Notes: generated from the letters alone by a model not told the origin. A stretch of 63,201 nucleotides of DNA, filler included, from Aduncisulcus paluster (GCA_024181965.1; 19 parts of 19 records of this genome joined end to end with filler, not necessarily neighbours in it); one strand, 5' to 3'. Positions 23,339 to 36,176 are shown, numbered from the whole stretch's first letter. Numbers and translations: made by a program.

Positions 23339-25267
23339 AGATTTCATGAAGGATCCATGCGTATTCTGGACATAAAGCTTGACACTCTCAATGTCAGTCT
23401 CTGGGGAACGAAGCAGAGGTTGTGTCACATGCTGGGCCGAATGGAATGTCTTGTCCTCGATCTTTCGGATCATGCGCTTTGTGATGTATAAATGGGAGTT
23501 TGTCATGAGAAGACTGTTTGGAATAGAGATCGGGGTATGCTCATCGTCATTGTGGAGTGTACCATGTTGCTCTGTCACCCTATCGATATACATCCCCTCA
23601 GAAAGACTTGGGAGCATCGTGGGAGTCTCTTTCATATCGTCAACAATACACGATCCAATGGAACCTGTCGGGAAAGAGTCTGAGTCATCCCTTCCATCGG
23701 ACTCCAGAAGATTCGCCCAGAAGTCCTCGTGTGTCATGGCGTCAAGACTCACAGGCTTTTCATACCCGAGGGTCTCTGTTCGGGCACTGATGAACAATGT
23801 CATTTGCACCAATGGAATCAGGATCCTCGCACGAAACCGGGCAATGTGTGAGGCAACATCGGTGAGAGGACGAATGGAAGTGTCAATCTTATGAGAGAGA
23901 ACACGCTCAAACTCTGTGCACAAACAGGAACACGTCATATCTTCGCCCAGAAACGAAGTCACTCCCGATCCAAAGAACCCTAACTTTTCGCAATACAATG
24001 CCTTGACACATGAAGATATCCAGACAGCTAACATGTCCTCTTCACGCTGTTGCTTATCAAGTGCATGTGTGATCTCTGTGTTTTGTCCCCCACCCATCCC
24101 ATTGTCAAGCACAGCACTCATCGCTGCAAACCCGCTCTGTCCAAGCTGTCCACCACCGGAAGACACCTGCATTGTCCCCACTTGGCCTGGTCCAGATGAG
24201 CATCGTGGCGAACACCCAGCCGGATGATTGCTCGGAATGCACGAGATGTCGAGCGAGGAGAAGGTTGGTGCATGCTGGGGCAAATGTTTTAAGAGATGTA
24301 AACGGAGACTATCCTCAACATATCCATGCGTTGCTGCACACGAGATGGATTCAAATAAGGCCGTGTGTGCACAAAACACGCATCGAGGGAAGATGTTGAA
24401 ATCACGCTGAAGGAGCTCTGTTGTATGCTGTGCGTTGAAGAAGATCTTTGTCAGGGTGGGACTTGCAAACATGTTTCGAAGGATATACATGTCATGCTGA
24501 AGCTCCAATGTATCCACAATGAAATCTCCAAGGTCGTTTGGCAACGATAGACACATTGATGTCGTCCGACCCAGATACGAGCGTTGTTTATGTTCCTCGA
24601 GCCACACGGACACAAATGAACATCGGTTGGAGTCAACAAGTTGATAAATGTATTGTTCGAGTTTTCTAAGATCGGAAGCAGTCTTGATCAGCTTCAAAAT
24701 GCCATCCTTACACACGGACGTGAATGTGTCAACCCGACGGAGAGGTGTGCAGAAGTCGATAGCATACAGCTTGCAGAAACGCTTTGAACGATCACGATGC
24801 TTCCGAACTCGTGTCTTACGCTTTATCGTGCTCGATGACATCATTCCAGACATGGCACTCGATGTGTTGTTCATGGATGCAGAGTGTGATTGTGGGGAGC
24901 ATTGTCCTTGGCCATGAGTTCCCATACTCATGCTCATCTTGAGCTGGATTTCTCGAATCTTCTCCTGTGCATCACGTGTCTCCTCGTCATCTATTCCATC
25001 GTCTCTGGTTCCACCGATAACAGTTGCACCACGATCACGATTACGGTCACGATGAGTATCACGATGAGTATCATCATCATCAGTATAATCACCATCAGCA
25101 TCATGACGCCATACATCCTTCTTGAACACCTTGTCCACATCGAACCTGGCTTCATCACGTCGTGTGGATAAAGAGGACGCTTGCATGATGTCGTGTCGTT
25201 CCCTGCGACGTCGTTTATGGTCGTCTCGCTCTGCCTCACAATAGATACACAATGGATCATGTGAGTG
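23339..25267 (-). CDS. RRP6: Rrp6/EXOSC10-like 3'-5' exonuclease domain with degenerate catalytic residues (both ends truncated)
   Basis: VSVWLEEHKQRSYLG...DFIVDTLELQHDMYIL...KIFFNAQHTTELLQRDF...IRPL matches FAVDLEHHSYRSFLG...DFIIDTLELRSDMYIL...KVFHGADSDIEWLQKDF...IRPL. Confidence 0.8.
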
Positions 25268-26226
25268 NNNNNNNNNNNNNNNNNNNNNNNNNNNNNNNNN
25301 NNNNNNNNNNNTTAATTAATTAANNNNNNNNNNNNNNNNNNNNNNNNNNNNNNNNNNNNNNNNNNNNAGGGGACTTTGATGAGTGTCCATGTGTCCCAAC
25401 TTGTTATGATGATGCTTCAAGGCTTGATGATGGCACAGTGTATTGTATCTCACAGGTATAAACGGTTTAATGTCGCTATTTAAAGTGCCAATTTAAGTTT
25501 AGGTTATATTTGGATGTAATTTGCTATTTTTTTGCTTGTTTATTTCGAAATTTCTCCATACTTTTTTTTTATCTTTCCTCCCCTCTACTCTCTTGTGAAT
25601 CTTCAATTAAAATGTGTTATTGTACCAGTCGAAAAGATTGAATATTTTCCCAATCCTGATCCTGATCCTGCCTTCTTGTTTGATAAAGACCAGCTTGATT
25701 CTGTCCAAATTATGTGTGAAAATCGAGCGATAACTAATTAACATTATTTTTATCCATTTTATTACACTTTTTTTCTCATTAAATCCACTTTATCCGTCTT
25801 TTTGAGAAGAAATATTTTTGTGAATTCTAAAAATAGAATTTCTAAAAATAGAAATGACATGTTTTATTTCGTGTCTATATTGACGGAATGACAATTTATT
25901 TCCCTGAATTATCCTCTTTTTATTCATTTTTGTTTGTTAGTTTGTGCTAGTGTATTAATTTTCGATTATCTTCCTGTTTATTTCTGTACCATTGTCGGAA
26001 TATGCTATGTTTCATGGCAATAACATTGATTCTAACACCTCACGTGATATTCTTCTCTTATATAGCAGCCTAAATAAATGAGTTCTCTGAATCCGTTACA
26101 GATGTCTGGTAATGTTCTGAGATGAATTGGTTGGTCTCAAACTTAATTAGATCTACGCAAATTGTTTGATTTCAAATTTGTAAAATTCTTGTTTATTATA
26201 GATTCTAAATGAAATTATTTTGGAAT

Positions 26227-26774
26227 TCACACTCCACTTACTGCAGAAAGGTCCAACCTAATTCCCATACTCATCAGCTCACAAAGCATATAATAAAGGA
26301 CGTATGGAACATGAACAGAGATAATCTCATCCTCTTGTCCACATATCCTGCAAACATAACGCCCTGCCTTGCCAGATTTCTTATCCTCTTCAGATCTTTG
26401 AGTTGGAGCAACTCCAATGATCTGACAACATCTTTTACACATTCTTGCTGTATGGAAGTCACTGCTATGAAACAGACGATCATTAACGTTCCAGGTGGCT
26501 CCATGTGCAATGAGAGCATCTCTTTCCATCTCTCCTACACGGATTCCTCCTCCTCTTTTCCTTCCCTTGATGGGTTGTCTCGTAATCTCATTGATTTTAC
26601 CCTTGGCACGAACCTGGTATTTGTCGCTAACCATGTGTCTCAGCCTCTGATTGTAAACTGATCCAAAGAAGATCTCACATGGCATCTCTGTTCCATAAAT
26701 CCCACTGTACATTACCTCATTTCCATAATAATTCATTCCCTGTTTCACAAGCTCAGCACCAACTTGATCGACTG
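26227..26774 (-). CDS. RPA2: RNA polymerase I second-largest subunit, C-terminus (5' truncated)
   Basis: NYYGNEVMYSG, QRLRHMVSDKYQVR, QPIKGRKRGGGIRVGEMERDALIAHG and a C4 zinc clamp; RHMVSDK.QVR is Pol I-type. Confidence 0.9.
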
Positions 26775-26874
26775 NNNNNNNNNNNNNNNNNNNNNNNNNN
26801 NNNNNNNNNNNNNNNNNNTTAATTAATTAANNNNNNNNNNNNNNNNNNNNNNNNNNNNNNNNNNNNNNNNNNNN

Positions 26875-29800
26875 TCTTGAACGGTCCAGTCCATTCTGGA
26901 TCCCCTTTTCTTTTTACAATTGGTTCGACCCAGACCTTTTGGCCAACTTCGAAACCCTTACCTCTTTGTTCTTCAACTTTTTCCACTTCTAACCACTGTT
27001 GTTTCTCTTCAGCTAATGTATGAATTAATTCCGAGACTTCTCGATGTTCTCGTACAATATCTTCATAATCTTTTCTTTTCTCTGGGAGTTTTCCATCCCA
27101 TTTCATTAGCTTTTGCGATTTTCCAAACAGTATCTCCGTTGGTGTGAACTTTAAAGAAGAATGAACATGATTATTTAACAACATCATTATGATTGGTAAT
27201 GCTTGTCTCCAATCCCAATCAGCTTCTTCTAAACGGAAGATCCTCAAATACTTCCTAATCTCTCGATTACAACGCTCTACAATTCCATTTCCTTCATGAT
27301 GATGAGCGGTTGAGATGTCATGCTTCATCTTCCAATTATCTTCGAGTGATTTCATTAGTTCATTAACAAACTGGCTCCCACCATCCGAACGAATCTGCCC
27401 TGGCACTCCGAAGTATCGAATCCAATTCATGATTAGACTTTCTACCATTTCCTTGGCCATTGTCGTTCTTGTAGGAACTAACACCACGTATCGAGAGAAA
27501 TCGTCAATGATCACTAATACATAGCGATAGGTTTCCCGAACCTCAAGTGGTCCTAATGTATCCACTGAAATACTGTCAAACGGTTTGAAGGCGGCTAATG
27601 TACCAACCAACTTCTTACTTCGTTGCTTAGTCAGCTTTTGACAGACGGGACAAGATTGTATCACTATGTTAATCCCTTCTCGCATTTTCTTCCATCTCCA
27701 TTGTCTTTTCTTGAAATAGTCCACCAAATGGACTCTCCCCATATGCGCTGCTGATCTGTTGTGCAAGTCCTTTACCATCGTCTTTAATATCTCTCGGGGG
27801 ACTTCATCTAAACAAATCCATCCATCTTCATCTCTAATGACGTCTTGTTTATAAGTGTCTTTCCACCATTGGACATCTTTGTCCAACTCCTCAGGTACTT
27901 CTGTCACAACTTTCAACATCTTTTTATCATCGTCAAACGCACGTGATAATGCATCTGCTACTACATTTTCGACCCCAGGGATATGTCTCAAGGAAAAATT
28001 GAATTGCATCAAGAACATCTTCCAACGGATCACTTTTGCTGCCGGTTCTTTGTGTAAGTACAGCAGATTCTTGTGGTCCGTCTCCACCACGAAACTTCTC
28101 CCCAAAAGGTATTGCTGGAGTTTCTTTATGGCATAGTAGATCGCGTATGCTTCCTGCTCCATTGTACTCCATCTTCTTTCGACTTCCGTGAATTTCTTTG
28201 ACAAAAACATAACGACTTCTTCTTTTCCTTGTCGCAATTGAACTAGCATCGCGCCCAAACCTTTATCAGACGCATCTGTTCTTAATACTAGGTCCAATTC
28301 TGGGTCATAGTGGGCCAACACCACTGATTTTTCGATTTCCCTTTTCAACAATGTGAAACTCTTTTCACATTCATCAGACCAGATAAAGGGAACCGTCTTT
28401 TTTATCAACTCAGACAAAGGACTAGCCTTCGTCGTTAAATTCGGTATGAAATCTTTTAGATAGTTGCAGATACCAATAAAACGCCGTACTCCTTTTCGAT
28501 TCTTTGGTTGTTCCATGTTTTGAACCGCTTCTATTCGATCTCCTGCAATGCTCCGTCCTTCTGCAGAGAATTCAAAGCCTAAAAATCGAATCTGCTTCAA
28601 CCCAATGAACGTCTTAGCTGGGTTCAGCCTTAAATTAAACTGTTCAAAACGTTCCAACACCACATTAAGTAATCTAACTAGCTCTTCTTTTGACGCTGCT
28701 GCAATCAACACATCATCCAAATACACAATCACCCCTTGTGATTGTAAATCACGAAAAATATCGTTCATTAGACGTTGGAAATACGCCGGGGCTGTTTTTA
28801 AGCCAAACGGCATCCTCAGCCACTCGTATAACCCAAACGGTGTACAAAAAGCGGAAATATATCGAGTACTTTCATCCATAGGACAACCATAGTATCCATT
28901 CTTCAAGTCTAATGCTGCGAACCATTTCTTTCCATGTAATAAAGCAAATAGATCATCAGGTCTTGGAATAGGGTACTTGTCATCCTTTAACAATGGATTA
29001 AGCTCTCTGTAATCGACACACATGCGCACCCCAGTTGGTTTCCTCGGTACTAACAAAATTGGGCTGGCATAAGAGCTTCGACTTGGCTGGATAAATTTCT
29101 TATCCATTAAGTCATCGATAATCTCCTTAACGGTCTGTTGGAATTTATACGGAACCCTCCTTGGTGGTTGTGACACTACCTCTTCCTTCACCAATTCCAA
29201 CTTCAACGGGCGAACTTCTATTGGATCATCAGGTCTGACCTTATCAGCATAGTGTTTCACACTTCCTTCTGCTTTCTCTTTGATCTCCTGATCCTCCCAA
29301 TGAATTAATGTTATATCAGGCTTTTCTACAAGTTGGGGAAACTCAATTTCTTCTCCTGATTGTTCTTCCAATAACAATTCTTGTTCTTCATCGGCAACTT
29401 CTCCGATCATGAACAGTCCCAACCTTTCACACGTTCGATTCCCTAATATTACTTCATGATTCACTCCTTTGATCATTTTCATTACAACGAACGTTTCCAT
29501 AAACTCAATCGGTTTTCCAAGAGCACCAGTTATCTCGACCTTTAGATCCACAACCTCCTTGGTTTGAACCTTTTGTCCCGTGCCTAATTCAAATTCATGC
29601 ACTTCTGGTCTCCTTTCCTTTGGGTTCAGTCCCTTAGCCAATTCTTCCGACACAATTGACAAGGATGCAGCCGAATCTAATAATATTTTCATTTCCTTTT
29701 GCTGCTGACCCATAACTTTTCCGAAACGTTCAACCACTGATGAACTTTCGACAATAGCTTTCATATATTCCCGTTTACCCTTTCGTTCTGGACAATCTCG

Positions 29801-30640
29801 GGCAAAATGTTCAGTTGAATCACATATGAAGCATTTCTTTGGTTTTCTCTGTCCCTTTTTTTTATACGACTCCTGACTCGGGTTGCTCCCTCGAGTGCTA
29901 GCCAGATCCTTACCAGCTAGGTCCTTCTGTTTCTTTCTACAGTCAGCTTCTTTATGTCCCTTCTTGTGACAATAATTGCATTTTCCTTGAAACCTTTGAG
30001 ACTTTTCTCGCTTCTCACCAGTCTCAAGCACACCTAATTTATCGAATTCTTCTTTCAATAATATCAGGTCTTCCAATTCTACATAACCAACTCTTATGGC
30101 ACTGTCGATATCCGTACTATCTAAGGTATCCATTTCAGCTGTCACTCTCGATTGTAATCTTTCCGGTCTTAGTCCTCTGATAAACGCGCGTAATTTCTGT
30201 TTATCACTACCAAAATCTTCAGCCATAGCTACTTCTTCTTTAAAACGAATAGCATACTCCATATAAGCTGTTAAACAAAAGAGATTTCCCATAACTAACT
30301 TGTCCAAACGATCAAACAAGCCTACTGTGTTTCTAGCTGCAAAACCTTTTCGAATTTGTTTTTCCAACGATTTAATTCCTGATTCAGATATGAATACAGA
30401 GGAATAACCCAAATTCAGCTCGATGTCCGTGATACTTTTCCGTTTATCAGAAACATTTGTATCATAAGCATCCGAGTCGAAATAAATGTGTAACAACACG
30501 TCTAGTACGAATGGACTTACCAAAACGATCCATTTTTGTTTACCTCCTTGGGCTTTGTATATAGCATACTGGCAGAAAAACTCATGCCAGTCATCTTTCG
30601 AAAACTTCGTCAGAAAGGGTGGTTTTAATATCGCTGACAT
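26875..30640 (-). mobile_element. Ty3/gypsy LTR retrotransposon, single-ORF gag-pol (3' truncated)
   Basis: Two CCHC knuckles, protease LLDSAA, RT (MPFGL, YLDD), RNase H (TDAS), integrase HHCC and D-D-E, and GPF motif; order PR-RT-RH-IN. Confidence 0.97.
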
Positions 30641-30683
30641 ACTTATTTAATCAGTGAATTCACTGTAATTTAAGTAAAAATAT

Positions 30684-30837
30684 TGTAGGTGAGTCAATTT
30701 ATTTGTAGCTATATTGTAAACCTTCGTGTTTACCTTCGCAGATAAACCTTCATATAATCCTAGATCATTAATCCCATAATCTATATAATTAATACTTAAA
30801 TCAATATGGTAATATTATCTAATTACCAACACTTACA
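30684..30837 (-). mobile_element. Candidate 5' LTR (154 nt) of the gag-pol element
   Basis: Minus strand TGTAAGTG...AATAAATTGACTCACCTACA with 7/8 inverted termini; ends 43 nt before the gag ATG. Confidence 0.55.
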
Positions 30838-30952
30838 AGTAACTTGTATCGGCTGGGAAACAACTTGCAAGCGGTCGAAATCCACTGGGAGAGCTACTGA
30901 CCTGGACGAAAAGTCTGTGTTTGAGTTGGGAGTGGATGTTTATGGTTGACTG

Positions 30953-31013
30953 CTATACTGTACTACTGTACTATACTATACTGTACTATACTGTACTATA
31001 CTGTACTATACTG
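30953..31013. repeat. Minisatellite (CTATACTGTA)n
   Basis: About 6 imperfect 10-nt units built of TACTA/TACTG pentamers. Confidence 0.85.
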
Positions 31014-31365
31014 AAAGTATTTGGACGCAACTATATCCATATTTCTTCCCTGAAAACTTAAAACAGTTTGGGAAGGGTTCCATTTAACAAGGTACTGGAG
31101 TACATTCTTTGGATTATCTCATTTATATACATCTCTTTCAGAGTTACTGTAAAAAATGGTTATTTTCTTGTTTTTCATATTCTCTCATCAAATATTAGTG
31201 CTCTATTTATTGAAACAATCGATTTAATAAAAATTATTTCGGTCGCAATGCAACGGTGTCGAATTGAAAATTATTTTAGCAGAATTTAGCCGTTTTGACG
31301 GAATGAATCTATATTAAAGGGATATTTATGCAGATTTCAGGAATAATATCTCAATTTAAAGATGG

Positions 31366-31545
31366 TGTGGTATTACGTATAATAAACGATTTACAATTTA
31401 TTGATATGACAGTTCACCGAACGTGTCTATTTATAGATCCTGAGACATTACCACATCCTCCTCTTACTTTACGGGAGTATCTTCGATATCTCACGGTTCT
31501 ACAAGGGTATCTTGATCAAAAGGGTTACAAGCGTAGCGTATAACA
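31366..31545 (-). mobile_element. Second candidate LTR (180 nt)
   Basis: Minus strand TGTTATACG...TATAAATAG...AATAAA...ACCACA; no target-site duplication found. Confidence 0.35.
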
Positions 31546-31689
31546 CTGCGTTTGTGGTGTGTATAGCACGTATCTCTGTCCTGTCGTTCNNNNNNNNNNN
31601 NNNNNNNNNNNNNNNNNNNNNNNNNNNNNNNNNTTAATTAATTAANNNNNNNNNNNNNNNNNNNNNNNNNNNNNNNNNNNNNNNNNNNN

Positions 31690-33653
31690 ATCGTCCACAC
31701 GCTCACCTTCTCTCTGCACTTTGTCCAGAGTGGCATGCACATGTCCTTCATCGACCCCATGCATTCGCTCGAACTCACGCACAGTGTCACCATCAATGTC
31801 ACCACTCACATGCCCTCGCTCACGCTGAGTCAGTGCCTTGGCAAGAGGCGAGAGCAGAATGGCACTGTTGGCTGCATTGAAGGAGCTTCCAAACATCCCC
31901 GCTTTCCCATGCGACACATTCCCACCAGAGGGCATCGTGCGTACACGGCGAGAGGTAGGAGTGGCCTGGGTGTGGGCATGCACAAACCCATCGTTCTTCT
32001 TCCCATCGATCCCAGATCCACTCCCAAGCAGCAACAGCCCACCAGAACTCTTCCCGGTCGAGACTTGTGCATCACGAGCCTGTTCAGACCCACCACCAGA
32101 CACAGGCATGCCACCAGAGCGAGTGTGTGGGGATGAGACAGTATTGGCAGCAACATAGGAGTGTGAGGGAGGGCGTGTCTGAGGTGTGTGCGGAGATCCA
32201 GGAACTCTTCCATGTTCACCATGTCGGTCACCATGTCGGTCACCATGTCGATCACCACGACGATCATCATAGCGAGGTCTCTCACGTCTGCCATGATGAT
32301 GATTACCACCATCACGACCATCCACGGCAGCTCCCCTTGTGTGCATCTCGTCCCGACCACGCACGTTCCGATGCTCCTCAAGACTCCCACTCCCACTGAA
32401 CGAGAAGGAACGTGGAGACCCAGGCGAAGACACGGGAGACGATGGCGAGAAAGGTATGAGCCTGACCCTTGCCACGTGGAGAGTCTGGGGAGGACACGGC
32501 ATCATGGCCTCGCACACCATCATCGTCAAAGTAAGCAGCATCATCATCACCGAAGCCACCTCGTGTCCTTCATCATGATGCCCATGGTCATCATGCCGAC
32601 CGTGCCGATCATCACGTCGATCATCACGTCGATCATCACGTCGATCATCACGCCGACTGTGTCCATCACGACCTTGAAACCCACTGTTATGGGTGCGAGA
32701 GTGCTGGGAGTGCGAGTATTGTGAGGAGCGTGGGACAGGAGTTCCTCTTCGACGGTCAGACACAAACCTTCGCTCACGATCATCCACAGTGCTACTATCA
32801 CCATGGTCTCGCCCTGACCGTGACCGATCATGCGATGGAGACCCACCGTCAACATCATCGCCCTCAACACTCTCGCCAGCCTCCCACATCGTCTTGCGCT
32901 GCTTGCGGAGTTTCTGCACCTCCTCTCGGCTGCTGTGCTCTCGGTGGGAAGGCAGCGGCATGAATAGACGGCATGTGCACCCGATGGACACATTCACAGA
33001 CATTTGGACACACGAGGAGTCGGGCACATCAGGGAATTGCAGCGTGATCGGAGGGATCGGAGTGAGGTGAGACGTGGTCGTCAGCGTGGAGATGGATGTG
33101 GAATCAACAGTCGACATAGGCACAGCTGACACAACACCACCGGCACCGATGGTATGGGGAAGGATGGAGGATGAGGCGTTCGATGATGTCACAATGGTCT
33201 TCGAACGCTGCGAGAAGGAGGATACAGCGGACAGGAAGGGGAAGATGAGTGAGGTGGAGAGAAGGAACAGGGAAGGAGGAGTGCGGGGATCGGGAGACCC
33301 TGGAGAGGACGGATTGGACCCATCCGAGCCATGTCTGTCAGACCCACGGATGCCACCGGGACGTTTCTTCGTGCGGTCGAAGTTCACATCCAAGTATTTG
33401 AAGATGGTCTCGGGAGCAATGACAAGACTCTCTTTCTTCGAGGCGGCCATCCCAGACCGAGGTGTTTTGAGGATCAGATCGCGTTGTGGGGTGATCTCGA
33501 CAACAACCTGCCCTTTCCCACCAGACACGTTCTGAAGTGTTTGGAGGAAGAAGGAAGGATTCAGCGACATGCAGAAGTTCTTCATCTGGATGTCCTGGTT
33601 CACGGGCGGTAGAATATGCTTGGAGTCAAGGTATGTAAGGTTGGATGTGAAGG
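31690..33653 (-). CDS. Low-complexity Ser/Arg/Asp/His-rich protein, internal fragment
   Basis: Open across the whole contig; RRDD and HGDR 12-nt tandem repeats. Confidence 0.7.
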
Positions 33654-33753
33654 NNNNNNNNNNNNNNNNNNNNNNNNNNNNNNNNNNNNNNNNNNNNTTA
33701 ATTAATTAANNNNNNNNNNNNNNNNNNNNNNNNNNNNNNNNNNNNNNNNNNNN

Positions 33754-35476
33754 TTGGCGACACGTCTTGTGGGAAGAAAACAGCACAGTAGAGCCAGAGT
33801 CGGAGCATGGGCACGTGGATTGGCCAGACGAAACAATGGCAACAGTGTTCGTGAAGTACGATTGCAACGTCGTCACAGCTGCATCAATGTCACAAATGGA
33901 GTTGCCACTGATATCAAGGAAGGTCAAAGTATCCGCGGGGAATAGACCAGAGGTGATGAGAACTGACACGTCCGAGATGGAGTTATCGGAGAGATCAAGG
34001 GATGTCAGCTTGAATGGTTGTGTGGCAGAGTCTCCATCGGCAATCGGGGTCAGGTCGAGCACATCACTCACAGCACTCAAGTTACATCCACTCGCAGATA
34101 AAGTCGTGAGACCGGAATCAACGGAACCATACGAATTCGAATATGTCACGGCCTTCGCCAGGATCTGGATAACCAGCCTATCGTACTCGGAATTGGAATT
34201 GGTATCGCCACTCAAGTCATACCCATCAACAGTCAGAGACGTCAGCAACGTTCCATACTCAAGACCTTGCAGGGTCGTGAGTTCGTCAAGCGTGGAAATA
34301 GAGGAGGAAGCATCGGAGACAATGGCAGAGAGCGACAACGACGAGCATGTCAAATCGCTGCGCATGGTGCCAACACTAATGATACCATTCGCTTCAACAT
34401 CACTCTCGGAAAGACAATAAGCTTTCAGGTATTGGCGAATGGAATCGTCATGAACAGTGAAACACTCGCCATCAGCGCCTTCCTTCGCAATGAACGCACA
34501 TTGCTTCTCGTTCACTTCATCAACACTATTGTACACCTCATTCAGAACTATTGAAGGGCATTGCGTTGGATATGTTTCTGAGTCACATACATAATCATCC
34601 TCATTGTTCAAAGTACAACTATTTGGAAGATAGTATCTATCCTTATAATCTGAGTTTGAGGAATGAATTGGAAAGACAGTCGTTATAAATGTCCAATAAT
34701 CGTTATCATTTTCTGATCTACAGAGAGGTATGAATGCAGAAAAATTTGTATCCGCAATTTCCATATAATACAATCCAACATTCCTGAATGAGACAGATAT
34801 ATCATAGATTTGTTCATTCCCATAAATATACAACATATATACTCTATTCAATGTGAACAATGAATTGATATCATAAATATTGCCATTATAGGTAGTTGAA
34901 GTCTGATGAAAATATAAGTATGATAGTTGTTCAAGGAAAGAAATAGGATAAATTGATGTTAGATCTGTATTGTATCCACGGAAAAAATAAATGTTTATCA
35001 AATACTGAGCACCCTCAAAGGATGTAATATGGGAACTAAATGAGCAAAATTCCCCACTTATCCCAGCCATTTCAAACTCAGAGACATCACATAGTGGATC
35101 ACTATTGCTTATAGCATCACACACTTTACCTCTAAACACCTTGTCGGGGATATGCACGGAATACATGTCATCACACTCGTCTCCATACCACACAGATCGA
35201 CACCCGAGGGAAGGAGCGGTCGATCCATCATCGGGAAGAACACACATGCGGTGCCCATCAATGTACGACGAACACTGAGATAAGGTATCTTCCACACACG
35301 AATAGGACGCCTCGTCATAATAGTACCCATCGTCACACTCCGCAGCATAACGCCCGGAGGACACTTCTTGACACGTCATGTGATCTTCGATGGTGAAGGA
35401 ACGCGCACAATCAGATGAGTACGTCACAACCAGAGTCGAGCATGCATCGTCAATATAGCCAGAATCACACTCGCAG
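33754..35476 (-). CDS. Cys-rich/EGF-like plus internalin-type LRR surface protein, internal fragment
   Basis: IPDKVFRGKVC cap, LxxLDLSxNxIxD repeats and Cys modules; paralogue of 54543-55982. Confidence 0.85.
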
Positions 35477-35900
35477 NNNNNNNNNNNNNNNNNNNNNNNN
35501 NNNNNNNNNNNNNNNNNNNNTTAATTAATTAANNNNNNNNNNNNNNNNNNNNNNNNNNNNNNNNNNNNNNNNNNNNTTTTAAATTGGTGATCATAAATAG
35601 TGGTTCAGTATAACTGGCCAAAGTTGCAGTTCAGATGATCTGGTCGGCCCACTAAGCTGTTGGCAACAGTGAGTCACTGCCAGTGATATGTGATCATGAA
35701 TCATGCTGCATGATCTTAGTCAAACGCTGAAAAGACATAATTCAAAATGTTTTATTTCTTTTCGCAAGCGCAGAGTTGCCGTGGAAAAAAGAGATGTATG
35801 AAAATAAAGAAATTTTGTCGTAGAATTGAATTCAATCTGAAGAACTTCCCATTAAAATTTAAATGTGGAAGGTTTTATGCTTTAAGCAACTATCAAAAAC

Positions 35901-36176
35901 TCATTTGTGAGCAATTGGCTTCTCAGTGAACAGATAGTCCCTGAGCTCCTTGTCGAAAACGGGATCATGACGGCGGATCCATTCAATGACCATAGCGGCA
36001 TGCTCTTTCTCCTCATTTCCATTGTGGATAAGGATAGCCTTTAAAGATTCATCCTTACAAACATCAGCACGTTGATTGTAGACATCGACAGCATCCAACT
36101 CCTCTTTAAGAGAAACAATAGCACGATGCATATCACGTGTTTCGTCTTTAAGTCCAGCTTCTTGATATCCTTCCAT
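35901..36176 (-). CDS. Encapsulated-ferritin (EncFtn)-type ferritin-like protein, 91 aa
   Basis: HRAIVSLKEELDAVDVYNQR...HNGNEEKEHAAMVIEWIRR...YLFTEKPI matches the EncFtn signature HRAIVS.MEELEAVDWY.QR...HNRDEEKEHAAM.LEW.RR...YLFT..PI; likely true ATG at 36176. Confidence 0.92.
   Translation of the reverse strand: MEGYQEAGLKDETRDMHRAIVSLKEELDAVDVYNQRADVCKDESLKAILIHNGNEEKEHAAMVIEWIRRHDPVFDKELRDYLFTEKPIAHK

Noticed and set aside
31735..33612. Many overlapping antisense and alternate-frame ORFs (also 12416-13093 and 61721-62359)
   Set aside because: Shadow ORFs of GC-richer, repetitive or codon-biased genes; no motifs.
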